From Auanema rhodensis (Eukaryota; Animalia; Nematoda), in the NCBI GenBank assembly GCA_964057225.1, contig OZ059894.1, positions 2,666,001 through 2,730,000 on the forward strand: a stretch of 64,000 nucleotides of DNA, read 5' to 3'. A model generated the notes under the pieces. It saw only the letters and a program-made list of their open reading frames with translations. It was not told where the DNA came from and did not search any database. The position numbers and the translations under genes are program-made. Of this stretch, positions 27,101-41,410 are shown piece by piece. Each line of letters begins with the position of its first letter. Position 1 is the stretch's first letter.

Positions 27101-30100
27101 TGATATCTCGGTGCATTTTTAAGCTAGCGCAAATCTGATAACACAGATCGACGCAGCTTAAAAATCCGCATCGAATGCACTATACTACATTGAGAAACGC
27201 TTAATACAAAAATTAGTTATGATCGTTTGAAAAATGATGCATTAGTGTATGTTGAGTTTCCATGTACACTCAACATTGCTTCCAAAAACATTTTGACAAA
27301 AATTTTTTCGAAAAATTTCAAAATAATTTAGCAAAAAGTAGATGTTTTTAAATACCTTTTTTGAAGGCAAAGACGATGGACATTGTTATTCAACGAAAAT
27401 ATTATTTCTTCAGGGTGAAAATCGAGGATATAAGTGTGAACTTATATCAGTTGATAACTCGGTGCATTTTTAAGCTAGCGCAAATCTGATAACACAGATC
27501 GACGCAGCTTAAAAATCCGCATCGAATGCATTATACTACATTGAGAAACGCTTAATACAAAAATTAGTTATGATCGTTTGAAAAATGATGCATTAGTGTA
27601 TGTTGAGTTTCCATGTACACTCAACATTGCTTCCAAAAACATTTTGACAAAAATTTTTTCGAAAAATTTCAAAATAATTTAGCAAAAAGTAGATGTTTTT
27701 AGATTCCTTTTTTCAAGGCGAAGACGATGGACATTGTTATTCAACGAAAAATTTATTTCTTCAGGGTGAAAATCGAGGATATAAGTGTGAACTTATATCA
27801 GTTGATATCTCGGTGCATTTTTAAGCTAGCGCAAATCTGATAACACAGATCGACGCAGCTTAAAAATCCGCATCGAATGCACTATTCTACATTGAGAAAC
27901 TCTCAATACAAAAATTAGTTATGATCGTTTGAAAAATGATGCATTAGTGTATGTTGAGTTTCCATGTACACTCAACATTGCTTCCAAAAACATTTTGACA
28001 AAAATTTTTTCGGAAAATTTTAAGATAATTTAGCAAAAAGTAGATGTTTTTAGATTCCTTTTTTCAAGGCAAAGACGATGGACATTGTTATTCAACGAAA
28101 AAATTAATTCTTCAGGGTGAAAATCGAGGATATATGTGTGAACATATATCAGTTGATATCTCGGTGCATTTTTAAGCTAGCGCAAATCTGATAACACAGA
28201 TCGACGCAGCTTAAAAATCCGCATCGAATGCACTATACTACATTGAGAAACGCTCAATACAAAAATTAGTTATGATCGTTTGAAAAATGATGCATTAGTG
28301 TATGTTGAGTTTCCATGTACACTCAACATTGCTTCCAAAAACATTTTGACAAAAATTTTTTCGGAAAATTTCAAGATAATTTAGCAAAAAGTAGATGTTT
28401 TTAGATTCCTTTTTTCAAGGCAAAGACGATGGACACTGTTATTCAACGAAAAAATTAATTCTTCAGGGTGAAAATCGAGGATATAAGTGTGAACATATAT
28501 CAGTTGATATCTCGGTGCATTTTTAAGCTAGCGCAAATCTGATAACACAGATCGACGCAGCTTAAAAATCCGCATCGAATGCACTATACTACATTGAGAA
28601 ACGCTCAATACAAAAATTAGTTATGATCGTTTGAAAAATGATGCATTAGTGTATGTTGAGTTTCCATGTACACTCAACATTGCTTCCAAAAACATTTTGA
28701 CAAAAATTTTTTCGGAAAATTTCAAGATAATTTAGCAAAAAGTAGATGTTTTTAGATTCCTTTTTTCAAGGCAAAGACGATGGACATTGTTATTCAACGA
28801 AAAAATTAATTCTTCAGGGTGAAAATCGAGGATATAAGTGTGAACATATATCAGTTGATATCTCGGTGCATTTTCAAGCTAGCGCAAATCTGATAACACA
28901 GATCGACGCAGCTTAAAAATCCGCATCGAATGCACTATACTACATTGAGAAACGCTCAATACAAAAATTAGTTATGATCGTTTGAAAAATGATGCATTAG
29001 TGTATGTTGAGTTTCCATGTACACTCAACATTGCTTCCAAAAACATTTTGACAAAAATTTTTTCGAAAAATTTCAAAATAATTTAGCAAAAAGTAGATGT
29101 TTTTAGATTTCTTTTTTCAAGGCAAAGACGATGGACATTGTTATTCAACGAAAAAATTAATTCTTCAGGGTGAAAATCGAGGATATAAGTGTGAACATAT
29201 ATCAGTTGATATCTCGGTGCATTTTTAAGCTAGCGCAAATCTGATAACACAGATCGACGCAGCTTAAAAATCCGCATCGAATGCACTATACTACATTGAG
29301 AAACGCTCAATACAAAAATTAGTTATGATCGTTTGAAAAATGATGCATTAGTGTATGTTGAGTTTCCATGTACACTCAACATTGCTTCCAAAAACATTTT
29401 GACAAAAATTTTTTCGGAAAATTTCAAGATAATTTAGCAAAAAGTAGATGTTTTTAGATTCCTTTTTTCAAGGCGAAGACGATGGACATTGTTATTCAAC
29501 GAAAAAATTAATTCTTCAGGGTGAAAATCGAGGATATAAGTCTGAACTTATATCAGTTGATATCTCGGTGCATTTTTAAGCTAGCGCAAATCTGATAACA
29601 CAGATCGACGCAGCTTAAAAATCCGCATCGAATGCACTATACTACATTGAGAAACGCTCAATACAAAAATTAGTTATGATCGTTTGAAAAATGATGCATT
29701 AGTGTATGTTGAGTTTCCATGTACACTCAACATTGCTTCCAAAAACATTTTGACAAAAATTTTTTCGAAAAATTTCAAAATAATTTAGCAAAAAGTAGAT
29801 GTTTTCAGATTTTTTTTTCAAGGCAAAGACGATGGACAATGTTATTCAACGAAAAAATTAATTCTTCAGGGTGAAAATCGAGGATATAAGTGTGAACTTA
29901 TATCAGTTGATATCTCTGTGCATTTTTAAGCTAGCGCAAATCTGATAACACAGATCGATGCAGCTTAAAAATCCGCATCGAATGCACTATACTACATTGA
30001 GAAACGCTTAATACAAAAATTAGTTATGATCGTTTGAAAAATGATGCATTAGTGTATGTTGAGTTTCCATGTACACTCAACATTGCTTCCAAAAACATTT

Positions 30101-33100
30101 TGACAAAAATTTTTTCGAAAAATTTCAAAATAATTTAGCAAAAAGTAGATGTTTTCAGATTTTTTTTTCAAGGCAAAGACGATGGACAATGTTATTCAAC
30201 GAAAAAATTAATTCTTCAGGGTGAAAATCGAGGATATAAGTGTGAACTTATATCAGTTGATATCTCGGTGCATTTTTAAGCTAGCGCAAATCTGATAACA
30301 CAGATCGACGCAGCTTAAAAATCCGCATCGAATGCACTATACTACATTGAGAAACGCTCAATACAAAAATTAGTTATGATCGTTTGAAAAATGATGCATT
30401 AGTGTATGTTGAGTTTCCATGTACACTCAACATTGCTTCCAAAAACATTTTGACAAAAATTTTTTCGAAAAATTTCAAAATAATTTAGCAAAAAGTAGAT
30501 GTTTTTAGATTCCTTTTTTCAAGGCAAAGACGATGGACAATGTTATTCAACGAAAAAATTAATTCTTCAGGGTGAAAATCGAGGATATAAGTGTGAACTT
30601 ATATCAGTTGATATCTCGGTGCATTTTTAAGCTAGCGCAAATCTGATAACACAGATCGACGCAGCTTAAAAATCCGCATCGAATGCACTATACTACATTG
30701 AGAAACGCTCAATACAAAAATTAGTTATGATCGTTTGAAAAATGATGCATTAGTGTATGTTGAGTTTCCATGTACACTCAACATTGCTTCCAAAAACATT
30801 TTGACAAAAATTTTTTCGAAAAATTTCAAAATAATTTAGCAAAAAGTAGATGTTTTTAGTTTTCTTTTTTCAAGGCAAAGACGATGGACGATGTTATTCA
30901 ACGAAAAAATTAATTCTTCAGGGTGAAAATCGAGGATATAAGTGTGAACATATATCAGTTGATATCTCGGTGCATTTTTAAGCTAGCGCAAATCTGATAA
31001 CACAGATCGACGCAGCTTAAAAATCCGCATCGAATGCACTATACTACATTGAGAAACGCTCAATACAAAAATTAGTTATGATCGTTTGAAAAATGATGCA
31101 TTAGTGTATGTTGAGTTTCCATGTACACTCAACATTGCTTCCAAAAATATTTTGACAAAAATTTTTTCGGAAAATTTCAAGATAATTTAGCAAAAAGTAG
31201 ATGTTTTTAGATTCCTTTTTTCAAGGCAAAGACGATGGACATTGTTATTCAACGAAAAAATTAATTCTTCAGGGTGAAAATCGAGGATATAAGTGTGAAC
31301 ATATATCAGTTGATATCTCGGTGCATTTTTAAGCTAGCGCAAATCTGATAACACAGATCGACGCAGCTTAAAAATCCGCATCGAATGCACTATACTACAT
31401 TGAGAAACGCTCAATACAAAAATTAGTTATGATCGTTTGAAAAATGATGCATTAGTGTATGTTGAGTTTCCATGTACACTCAACATTGCTTCCAAAAACA
31501 TTTTGACAAAAATTTTTTCGAAAAATTTCAAAATAATTTAGCAAAAAGTAGATGTTTTTAGATTTCTTTTTTCAAGGCGAAGACGATGGACATTGTTATT
31601 CAACGAAAAAATTAATTCTTCAGGGTGAAAATCGAGGATATAAGTGTGAACTTATATCAGTTGATATCTCGGTGCATTTTTAAGCTAGCGCAAATCTGAT
31701 AACACAGATCGACGCAGCTTACAAATCCGCATCGAATGCACTATACTACATTGAGAAACGCCTAATACAAAAATTAGTTATGATCGTTTGAAAAATGATG
31801 CATTAGTGTATGTTGAGTTTCCATGTACACTCAACATTGCTTCCAAAAACATTTTGACAAAAATTTTTTCGAAAAATTTCAAAATAATTTAGCGAAAAGT
31901 AGATGTTTTTAGATTCCTTTTTTCAAGGCAAAGACGATGGACATTGTTATTCAACGAAAAAATTAATTCTTCAGGGTGAAAATCGAGGATATAAGTGTGA
32001 ACATATATCAGTTGATATCTCGGTGCATTTTTAAGCTAGCGCAAATCTGATAACACAGATCGACGCAGCTTAAAAATCCGCATCGAATGCACTATACTAC
32101 ATTGAGAAACGCTCAATACAAAAATTAGTTATGATCGTTTGAAAAATGATGCATTAGTGTATGTTGAGTTTCCATGTACACTCAACATTGCTTCCAAAAA
32201 CATTTTGACAAAAATTTTTTCGAAAAATTTCAAAATAATTTAGCGAAAAGTAGATGTTTTTAGATTCCTTTTTTCAAGGCAAAGACGATGGACATTGTTA
32301 TTCAACGAAAAAATTAATTCTTCAGGGTGAAAATCGAGGATATAAGTGTGAACTTATATCAGTTGATATCTCGGTGCATTTTTAAGCTAGCGCAAATCTG
32401 ATAACACAGATCGACGCAGCTTAAAAATCCGCATCGAATGCACTATACTACATTGAGAAACGCTTAATACAAAAATTAGTTATGATCGTTTGAAAAATGA
32501 TGCATTAGTGTATGTTGAGTTTCCATGTACACTCAACATTGCTTCCAAAAACATTTTGACAAAAATTTTTTCGAAAAATTTCAAAATAATTTAGCAAAAA
32601 GTAGATGTTTTTAGATACCTTTTTTGAAGGCAAAGACGATGGACATTGTTATTCAACGAAAATATTATTTCTTCAGGGTGAAAATCGAGGATATAAGTGT
32701 GAACTTATATCAGTTGATAACTCGGTGCATTTTTAAGCTAGCGCAAATCTGATAACACAGATCGACGCAGCTTAAAAATCCGCATCGAATGCATTATACT
32801 ACATTGAGAAACGCTTAATACAAAAATTAGTTATGATCGTTTGAAAAATGATGCATTAGTGTATGTTGAGTTTCCATGTACACTCAACATTGCTTCCAAA
32901 AACATTTTGACAAAAATTTTTTCGAAAAATTTCAAAATAATTTAGCAAAAAGTAGATGTTTTTAGATTTCTTTTTTCAAGGCGAAGACGATGGACATTGT
33001 TATTCAACGAAAAAATTAATTCTTCAGGGTGAAAATCGAGGATATAAGTGTGAACTTATATCAGTTGATATCTCGGTGCATTTTTAAGCTAGCGCAAATC

Positions 33101-36100
33101 TGATAACACAGATCGACGCAGCTTACAAATCCGCATCGAATGCACTATACTACATTGAGAAACGCCTAATACAAAAATTAGTTATGATCGTTTGAAAAAT
33201 GATGCATTAGTGTATGTTGAGTTTCCATGTACACTCAACATTGCTTCCAAAAACATTTTGACAAAAATTTTTTCGAAAAATTTCAAAATAATTTAGCGAA
33301 AAGTAGATGTTTTTAGATTCCTTTTTTCAAGGCAAAGACGATGGACATTGTTATTCAACGAAAAAATTAATTCTTCAGGGTGAAAATCGAGGATATAAGT
33401 GTGAACATATATCAGTTGATATCTCGGTGCATTTTTAAGCTAGCGCAAATCTGATAACACAGATCGACGCAGCTTAAAAATCCGCATCGAATGCACTATA
33501 CTACATTGAGAAACGCTCAATACAAAAATTAGTTATGATCGTTTGAAAAATGATGCATTAGTGTATGTTGAGTTTCCATGTACACTCAACATTGCTTCCA
33601 AAAACATTTTGACAAAAATTTTTTCGAAAAATTTCAAAATAATTTAGCGAAAAGTAGATGTTTTTAGATTCCTTTTTTCAAGGCAAAGACGATGGACATT
33701 GTTATTCAACGAAAAAATTAATTCTTCAGGGTGAAAATCGAGGATATAAGTGTGAACTTATATCAGTTGATATCTCGGTGCATTTTTAAGCTAGCGCAAA
33801 TCTGATAACACAGATCGACGCAGCTTAAAAATCCGCATCGAATGCACTATACTACATTGAGAAACGCTTAATACAAAAATTAGTTATGATCGTTTGAAAA
33901 ATGATGCATTAGTGTATGTTGAGTTTCCATGTACACTCAACATTGCTTCCAAAAACATTTTGACAAAAATTTTTTCGAAAAATTTCAAAATAATTTAGCA
34001 AAAAGTAGATGTTTTTAGATACCTTTTTTGAAGGCAAAGACGATGGACATTGTTATTCAACGAAAATATTATTTCTTCAGGGTGAAAATCGAGGATATAA
34101 GTGTGAACTTATATCAGTTGATAACTCGGTGCATTTTTAAGCTAGCGCAAATCTGATAACACAGATCGACGCAGCTTAAAAATCCGCATCGAATGCATTA
34201 TACTACATTGAGAAACGCTTAATACAAAAATTAGTTATGATCGTTTGAAAAATGATGCATTAGTGTATGTTGAGTTTCCATGTACACTCAACATTGCTTC
34301 CAAAAACATTTTGACAAAAATTTTTTCGAAAAATTTCAAAATAATTTAGCAAAAAGTAGATGTTTTTAGATTCCTTTTTTCAAGGCGAAGACGATGGACA
34401 TTGTTATTCAACGAAAAATTTATTTCTTCAGGGTGAAAATCGAGGATATAAGTGTGAACTTATATCAGTTGATATCTCGGTGCATTTTTAAGCTAGCGCA
34501 AATCTGATAACACAGATCGACGCAGCTTAAAAATCCGCATCGAATGCACTATTCTACATTGAGAAACGCTCAATACAAAAATTAGTTATGATCGTTTGAA
34601 AAATGATGCATTAGTGTATGTTGAGTTTCCATGTACACTCAACATTGCTTCCAAAAACATTTTGACAAAAATTTTTTCGGAAAATTTTAAGATAATTTAG
34701 CAAAAAGTAGATGTTTTTAGATTCCTTTTTTCAAGGCAAAGACGATGGACATTGTTATTCAACGAAAAAATTAATTCTTCAGGGTGAAAATCGAGGATAT
34801 AAGTGTGAACATATATCAGTTGATATCTCGGTGCATTTTTAAGCTAGCGCAAATCTGATAACACAGATCGACGCAGCTTAAAAATCCGCATCGAATGCAC
34901 TATACTACATTGAGAAACGCTCAATACAAAAATTAGTTATGATCGTTTGAAAAATGATGCATTAGTGTATGTTGAGTTTCCATGTACACTCAACATTGCT
35001 TCCAAAAACATTTTGACAAAAATTTTTTCGGAAAATTTCAAGATAATTTAGCAAAAAGTAGATGTTTTTAGATTCCTTTTTTCAAGGCAAAGACGATGGA
35101 CATTGTTATTCAACGAAAAAATTAATTCTTCAGGGTGAAAATCGAGGATATAAGTGTGAACATATATCAGTTGATATCTCGGTGCATTTTTAAGCTAGCG
35201 CAAATCTGATAACACAGATCGACGCAGCTTAAAAATCCGCATCGAATGCACTATACTACATTGAGAAACGCTCAATACAAAAATTAGTTATGATCGTTTG
35301 AAAAATGATGCATTAGTGTATGTTGAGTTTCCATGTACACTCAACATTGCTTCCGAAAACATTTTGACAAAAATTTTTTCGGAAAATTTCAAGATAATTT
35401 AGCAAAAAGTAGATGTTTTTAGATTCCTTTTTTCAAGGCAAAGACGATGGACATTGTTATTCAACGAAAAAATTAATTCTTCAGGGTGAAAATCGAGGAT
35501 ATAAGTGTGAACATATATCAGTTGATATCTCGGTGCATTTTTAAGCTAGCGCAAATCTGATAACACAGATCGACGCAGCTTAAAAATCCGCATCGAATGC
35601 ACTATACTACATTGAGAAACGCTCAATACAAAAATTAGTTATGATCGTTTGAAAAATGATGCATTAGTGTATGTTGAGTTTCCATGTACACTCAACATTG
35701 CTTCCAAAAACATTTTGACAAAAATTTTTTCGAAAAATTTCAAAATAATTTAGCAAAAAGTAGATGTTTTTAGATTTCTTTTTTCAAGGCAAAGACGATG
35801 GACATTGTTATTCAACGAAAAAATTAATTCTTCAGGGTGAAAATCGAGGATATAAGTGTGAACATATATCAGTTGATATCTCGGTGCATTTTTAAGCTAG
35901 CGCAAATCTGATAACACAGATCGACGCAGCTTAAAAATCCGCATCGAATGCACTATACTACATTGAGAAACGCTCAATACAAAAATTAGTTATGATCGTT
36001 TGAAAAATGATGCATTAGTGTATGTTGAGTTTCCATGTACACTCAACATTGCTTCCAAAAACATTTTGACAAAAATTTTTTCGAAAAATTTCAAAATAAT

Positions 36101-39100
36101 TTAGCAAAAAGTAGATGTTTTTAGATTCCTTTTTTCAAGGCAAAGACGATGGACATTGTTATTCAACGAAAAAATTAATTCTTCAGGGTGAAAATCGAGG
36201 ATATAAGTGTGAACATATATCAGTTGATATCTCGGTGCATTTTTAAGCTAGCGCAAATCTGATAACACAGATCGACGCAGCTTAAAAATCCGCATCGAAT
36301 GCACTATACTACATTGAGAAACGCTCAATACAAAAATTAGTTATGATCGTTTGAAAAATGATGCATTAGTGTATGTTGAGTTTCCATGTACACTCAACAT
36401 TGCTTCCAAAAACATTTTGACAAAAATTTTTTCGGAAAATTTCAAGATAATTTAGCAAAAAGTAGATGTTTTTAGATTTCTTTTTTCAAGGCGAAGACGA
36501 TGGACATTGTTATTCAACGAAAAAATTAATTCTTCAGGGTGAAAATCGAGGATATAAGTCTGAACTTATATCAGTTGATATCTCGGTGCATTTTTAAGCT
36601 AGCGCAAATCTGATAACACAGATCGACGCAGCTTAAAAATCCGCATCGAATGCACTATACTACATTGAGAAACGCTCAATACAAAAATTAGTTATGATCG
36701 TTTGAAAAATGATGCATTAGTGTATGTTGAGTTTCCATGTACACTCAACATTGCTTCCAAAAACATTTTGACAAAAATTTTTTCGAAAAATTTCAAAATA
36801 ATTTAGCAAAAAGTAGATGTTTTCAGATTTTTTTTTCAAGGCAAAGACGATGGACAATGTTATTCAACGAAAAAATTAATTCTTCAGGGTGAAAATCGAG
36901 GATATAAGTGTGAACTTATATCAGTTGATATCTCTGTGCATTTTTAAGCTAGCGCAAATCTGATAACACAGATCGATGCAGCTTAAAAATCCGCATCGAA
37001 TGCACTATACTACATTGAGAAACGCTCAATACAAAAATTAGTTATGATCGTTTGAAAAATGATGCATTAGTGTATGTTGAGTTTCCATGTACACTCAACA
37101 TTGCTTCCAAAAACATTTTGACAAAAATTTTTTCGAAAAATTTCAAAATAATTTAGCAAAAAGTAGATGTTTTCAGATTTTTTTTTCAAGGCAAAGACGA
37201 TGGACAATGTTATTCAACGAAAAAATTAATTCTTCAGGGTGAAAATCGAGGATATAAGTGTGAACTTATATCAGTTGATATCTCGGTGCATTTTTAAGCT
37301 AGCGCAAATCTGATAACACAGATCGACGCAGCTTAAAAATCCGCATCGAATGCACTATACTACATTGAGAAACGCTCAATACAAAAATTAGTTATGATCG
37401 TTTGAAAAATGATGCATTAGTGTATGTTGAGTTTCCATGTACACTCAACATTGCTTCCAAAAACATTTTGACAAAAATTTTTTCGAAAAATTTCAAAATA
37501 ATTTAGCAAAAAGTAGATGTTTTTAGATTCCTTTTTTCAAGGCAAAGACGATGGACAATGTTATTCAACGAAAAAATTAATTCTTCAGGGTGAAAATCGA
37601 GGATATAAGTGTGAACTTATATCAGTTGATATCTCGGTGCATTTTTAAGCTAGCGCAAATCTGATAACACAGATCGACGCAGCTTAAAAATCCGCATCGA
37701 ATGCACTATACTACATTGAGAAACGCTCAATACAAAAATTAGTTATGATCGTTTGAAAAATGATGCATTAGTGTATGTTGAGTTTCCATGTACACTCAAC
37801 ATTGCTTCCAAAAACATTTTGACAAAAATTTTTTCGAAAAATTTCAAAATAATTTAGCAAAAAGTAGATGTTTTTAGTTTTCTTTTTTCAAGGCAAAGAC
37901 GATGGACGATGTTATTCAACGAAAAAATTAATTCTTCAGGGTGAAAATCGAGGATATAAGTGTGAACTTATATCAGTTGATATCTCGGTGCATTTTTAAG
38001 CTAGCGCAAATCTGATAACACAGATCGATGCAGCTTAAAAATCCGCATCGAATGCACTATACTACATTGAGAAACGCTTAATACAAAAATTAGTTATGAT
38101 CGTTTGAAAAATGATGCATTAGTGTATGTTGAGTTTCCATGTACACTCAACATTGCTTCCAAAAACATTTGACAAAAATTTTTTCGAAAAATTTCAGAAT
38201 AATTTAGCAAAAAGTAGATGTTTTTAGATTCCTTTTTTCAAGGCAAAGACGATGGACATTGTTATTCAACGAAAAAATTAATTCTTCAGGGTGAAAATCG
38301 AGGATATAAGTGTGAACATATATCAGTTGATATCTCGGTGCATTTTTAAGCTAGCGCAAATCTGATAACACAGACCGACGCAGCTTAAAAATCCGCATCG
38401 AATGCACTATTCTACATTGAGAAACGCTCAATACAAAAATTAGTTATGATCGTTTGAAAAATGATGCATTAGTGTATGTTGAGTTTCCATGTACACTCAA
38501 CATTGCTTCCAAAAACATTTTGACAAAAATTTTTTCGAAAAATTTCAGAATAATTTAGCAAAAAGTAGATGTTTTTAGATTCCTTTTTTCAAGGCAAAGA
38601 CGATGGACATTGTTATTCAACGAAAAAATTAATTCTTCAGGGTGAAAATCGAGGATATAAGTCTGAACTTATATCAGTTGATATCTCGGTGCATTTTTAA
38701 GCTAGCGCAAATCTGATAACACAGATCGACGCAGCTTAAAAATCCGCATCGAATGCACTATACTACATTGAGAAACGCTCAATACAAAAATTAGTTATGA
38801 TCGTTTGAAAAATGATGCATTAGTGTATGTTGAGTTTCCATGTACACTCAACATTGCTTCCAAAAACATTTTGACAAAAATTTTTTCGAAAAATTTCAAA
38901 ATAATTTAGCAAAAAGTAGATGTTTTCAGATTTTTTTTTCAAGGCAAAGACGATGGACAATGTTATTCAACGAAAAAATTAATTCTTCAGGGTGAAAATC
39001 GAGGATATAAGTGTGAACTTATATCAGTTGATATCTCTGTGCATTTTTAAGCTAGCGCAAATCTGATAACACAGATCGATGCAGCTTAAAAATCCGCATC

Positions 39101-41410
39101 GAATGCACTATACTACATTGAGAAACGCTCAATACAAAAATTAGTTATGATCGTTTGAAAAATGATGCATTAGTGTATGTTGAGTTTCCATGTACACTCA
39201 ACATTGCTTCCAAAAACATTTTGACAAAAATTTTTTCGAAAAATTTCAAAATAATTTAGCAAAAAGTAGATGTTTTCAGATTTTTTTTTCAAGGCAAAGA
39301 CGATGGACAATGTTATTCAACGAAAAAATTAATTCTTCAGGGTGAAAATCGAGGATATAAGTGTGAACTTATATCAGTTGATATCTCGGTGCATTTTTAA
39401 GCTAGCGCAAATCTGATAACACAGATCGACGCAGCTTAAAAATCCGCATCGAATGCACTATACTACATTGAGAAACGCTCAATACAAAAATTAGTTATGA
39501 TCGTTTGAAAAATGATGCATTAGTGTATGTTGAGTTTCCATGTACACTCAACATTGCTTCCAAAAACATTTTGACAAAAATTTTTTCGAAAAATTTCAAA
39601 ATAATTTAGCAAAAAGTAGATGTTTTTAGATTCCTTTTTTCAAGGCAAAGACGATGGACAATGTTATTCAACGAAAAAATTAATTCTTCAGGGTGAAAAT
39701 CGAGGATATAAGTGTGAACTTATATCAGTTGATATCTCGGTGCATTTTTAAGCTAGCGCAAATCTGATAACACAGATCGACGCAGCTTAAAAATCCGCAT
39801 CGAATGCACTATACTACATTGAGAAACGCTCAATACAAAAATTAGTTATGATCGTTTGAAAAATGATGCATTAGTGTATGTTGAGTTTCCATGTACACTC
39901 AACATTGCTTCCAAAAACATTTTGACAAAAATTTTTTCGAAAAATTTCAAAATAATTTAGCAAAAAGTAGATGTTTTTAGTTTTCTTTTTTCAAGGCAAA
40001 GACGATGGACGATGTTATTCAACGAAAAAATTAATTCTTCAGGGTGAAAATCGAGGATATAAGTGTGAACTTATATCAGTTGATATCTCGGTGCATTTTT
40101 AAGCTAGCGCAAATCTGATAACACAGATCGATGCAGCTTAAAAATCCGCATCGAATGCACTATACTACATTGAGAAACGCTTAATACAAAAATTAGTTAT
40201 GATCGTTTGAAAAATGATGCATTAGTGTATGTTGAGTTTCCATGTACACTCAACATTGCTTCCAAAAACATTTTGACAAAAATTTTTTCGAAAAATTTCA
40301 GAATAATTTAGCAAAAAGTAGATGTTTTTAGATTCCTTTTTTCAAGGCAAAGACGATGGACATTGTTATTCAACGAAAAAATTAATTCTTCAGGGTGAAA
40401 ATCGAGGATATAAGTGTGAACATATATCAGTTGATATCTCGGTGCATTTTTAAGCTAGCGCAAATCTGATAACACAGACCGACGCAGCTTAAAAATCCGC
40501 ATCGAATGCACTATTCTACATTGAGAAACGCTCAATACAAAAATTAGTTATGATCGTTTGAAAAATGATGCATTAGTGTATGTTGAGTTTCCATGTACAC
40601 TCAACATTGCTTCCAAAAACATTTTGACAAAAATTTTTTCGAAAAATTTCAGAATAATTTAGCAAAAAGTAGATGTTTTTAGATTCCTTTTTTCAAGGCA
40701 AAGACGATGGACATTGTTATTCAACGAAAAAATTAATTCTTCAGGGTGAAAATCGAGGATATAAGTGTGAACATATATCAGTTGATATCTCGGTGCATTT
40801 TTAAGCTAGCGCAAATCTGATAACACAGACCGACGCAGCTTAAAAATCCGCATCGAATGCACTATTCTACATTGAGAAACGCTCAATACAAAAATTAGTT
40901 ATGATCGTTTGAAAAATGATGCATTAGTGTATGTTGAGTTTCCATGTACAATCAACATTGCTTCCAAAAACATTTTGACAAAAATTTTTTCGAAAAATTT
41001 CAAAATAATTTAGCAAAAAGTAGATGTTTTTAGATTCCTTTTTTCAAGGCGAAGACGATGGACATTGTTATTCAACGAAAAAATCAATTCTTCAGGGTGA
41101 AAATCGAGGATATAAGTGTGAACTTATATCAGTTGATATCTCGGTGCATTTTTAAGCTAGCGCAAATCTGATAACACAGATCGACGCAGCTTAAAAATCC
41201 GCATCGAATGCACTATACTACATTGAGAAACGCTCAATACAAAAATTAGTTATGATCGTTTGAAAAATGATGCATTAGTGTATGTTGAGTTTCCATGTAC
41301 ACTCAACATTGCTTCCAAAAACATTTTGACAAAAATTTTTTCGAAAAATTTCAAAATAATTTAGCAAAAAGTAGATGTTTTCAGATTTTTTTTTCAAGGC
41401 AAAGACGATG

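Larger units (their letters stand above)
23167..41410 (+). repeat. Subfamily domain B (monomers 67-118)
   Basis: Markers are AACATATA, TTCGGAAAA with AAGATAAT, the TTTTGAAGG/AAATATTA/GATAACTC/GCATTATA haplotype and, from ~29.8 kb, the 350-bp CAGA-T9 deletion monomer. Confidence 0.75.
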
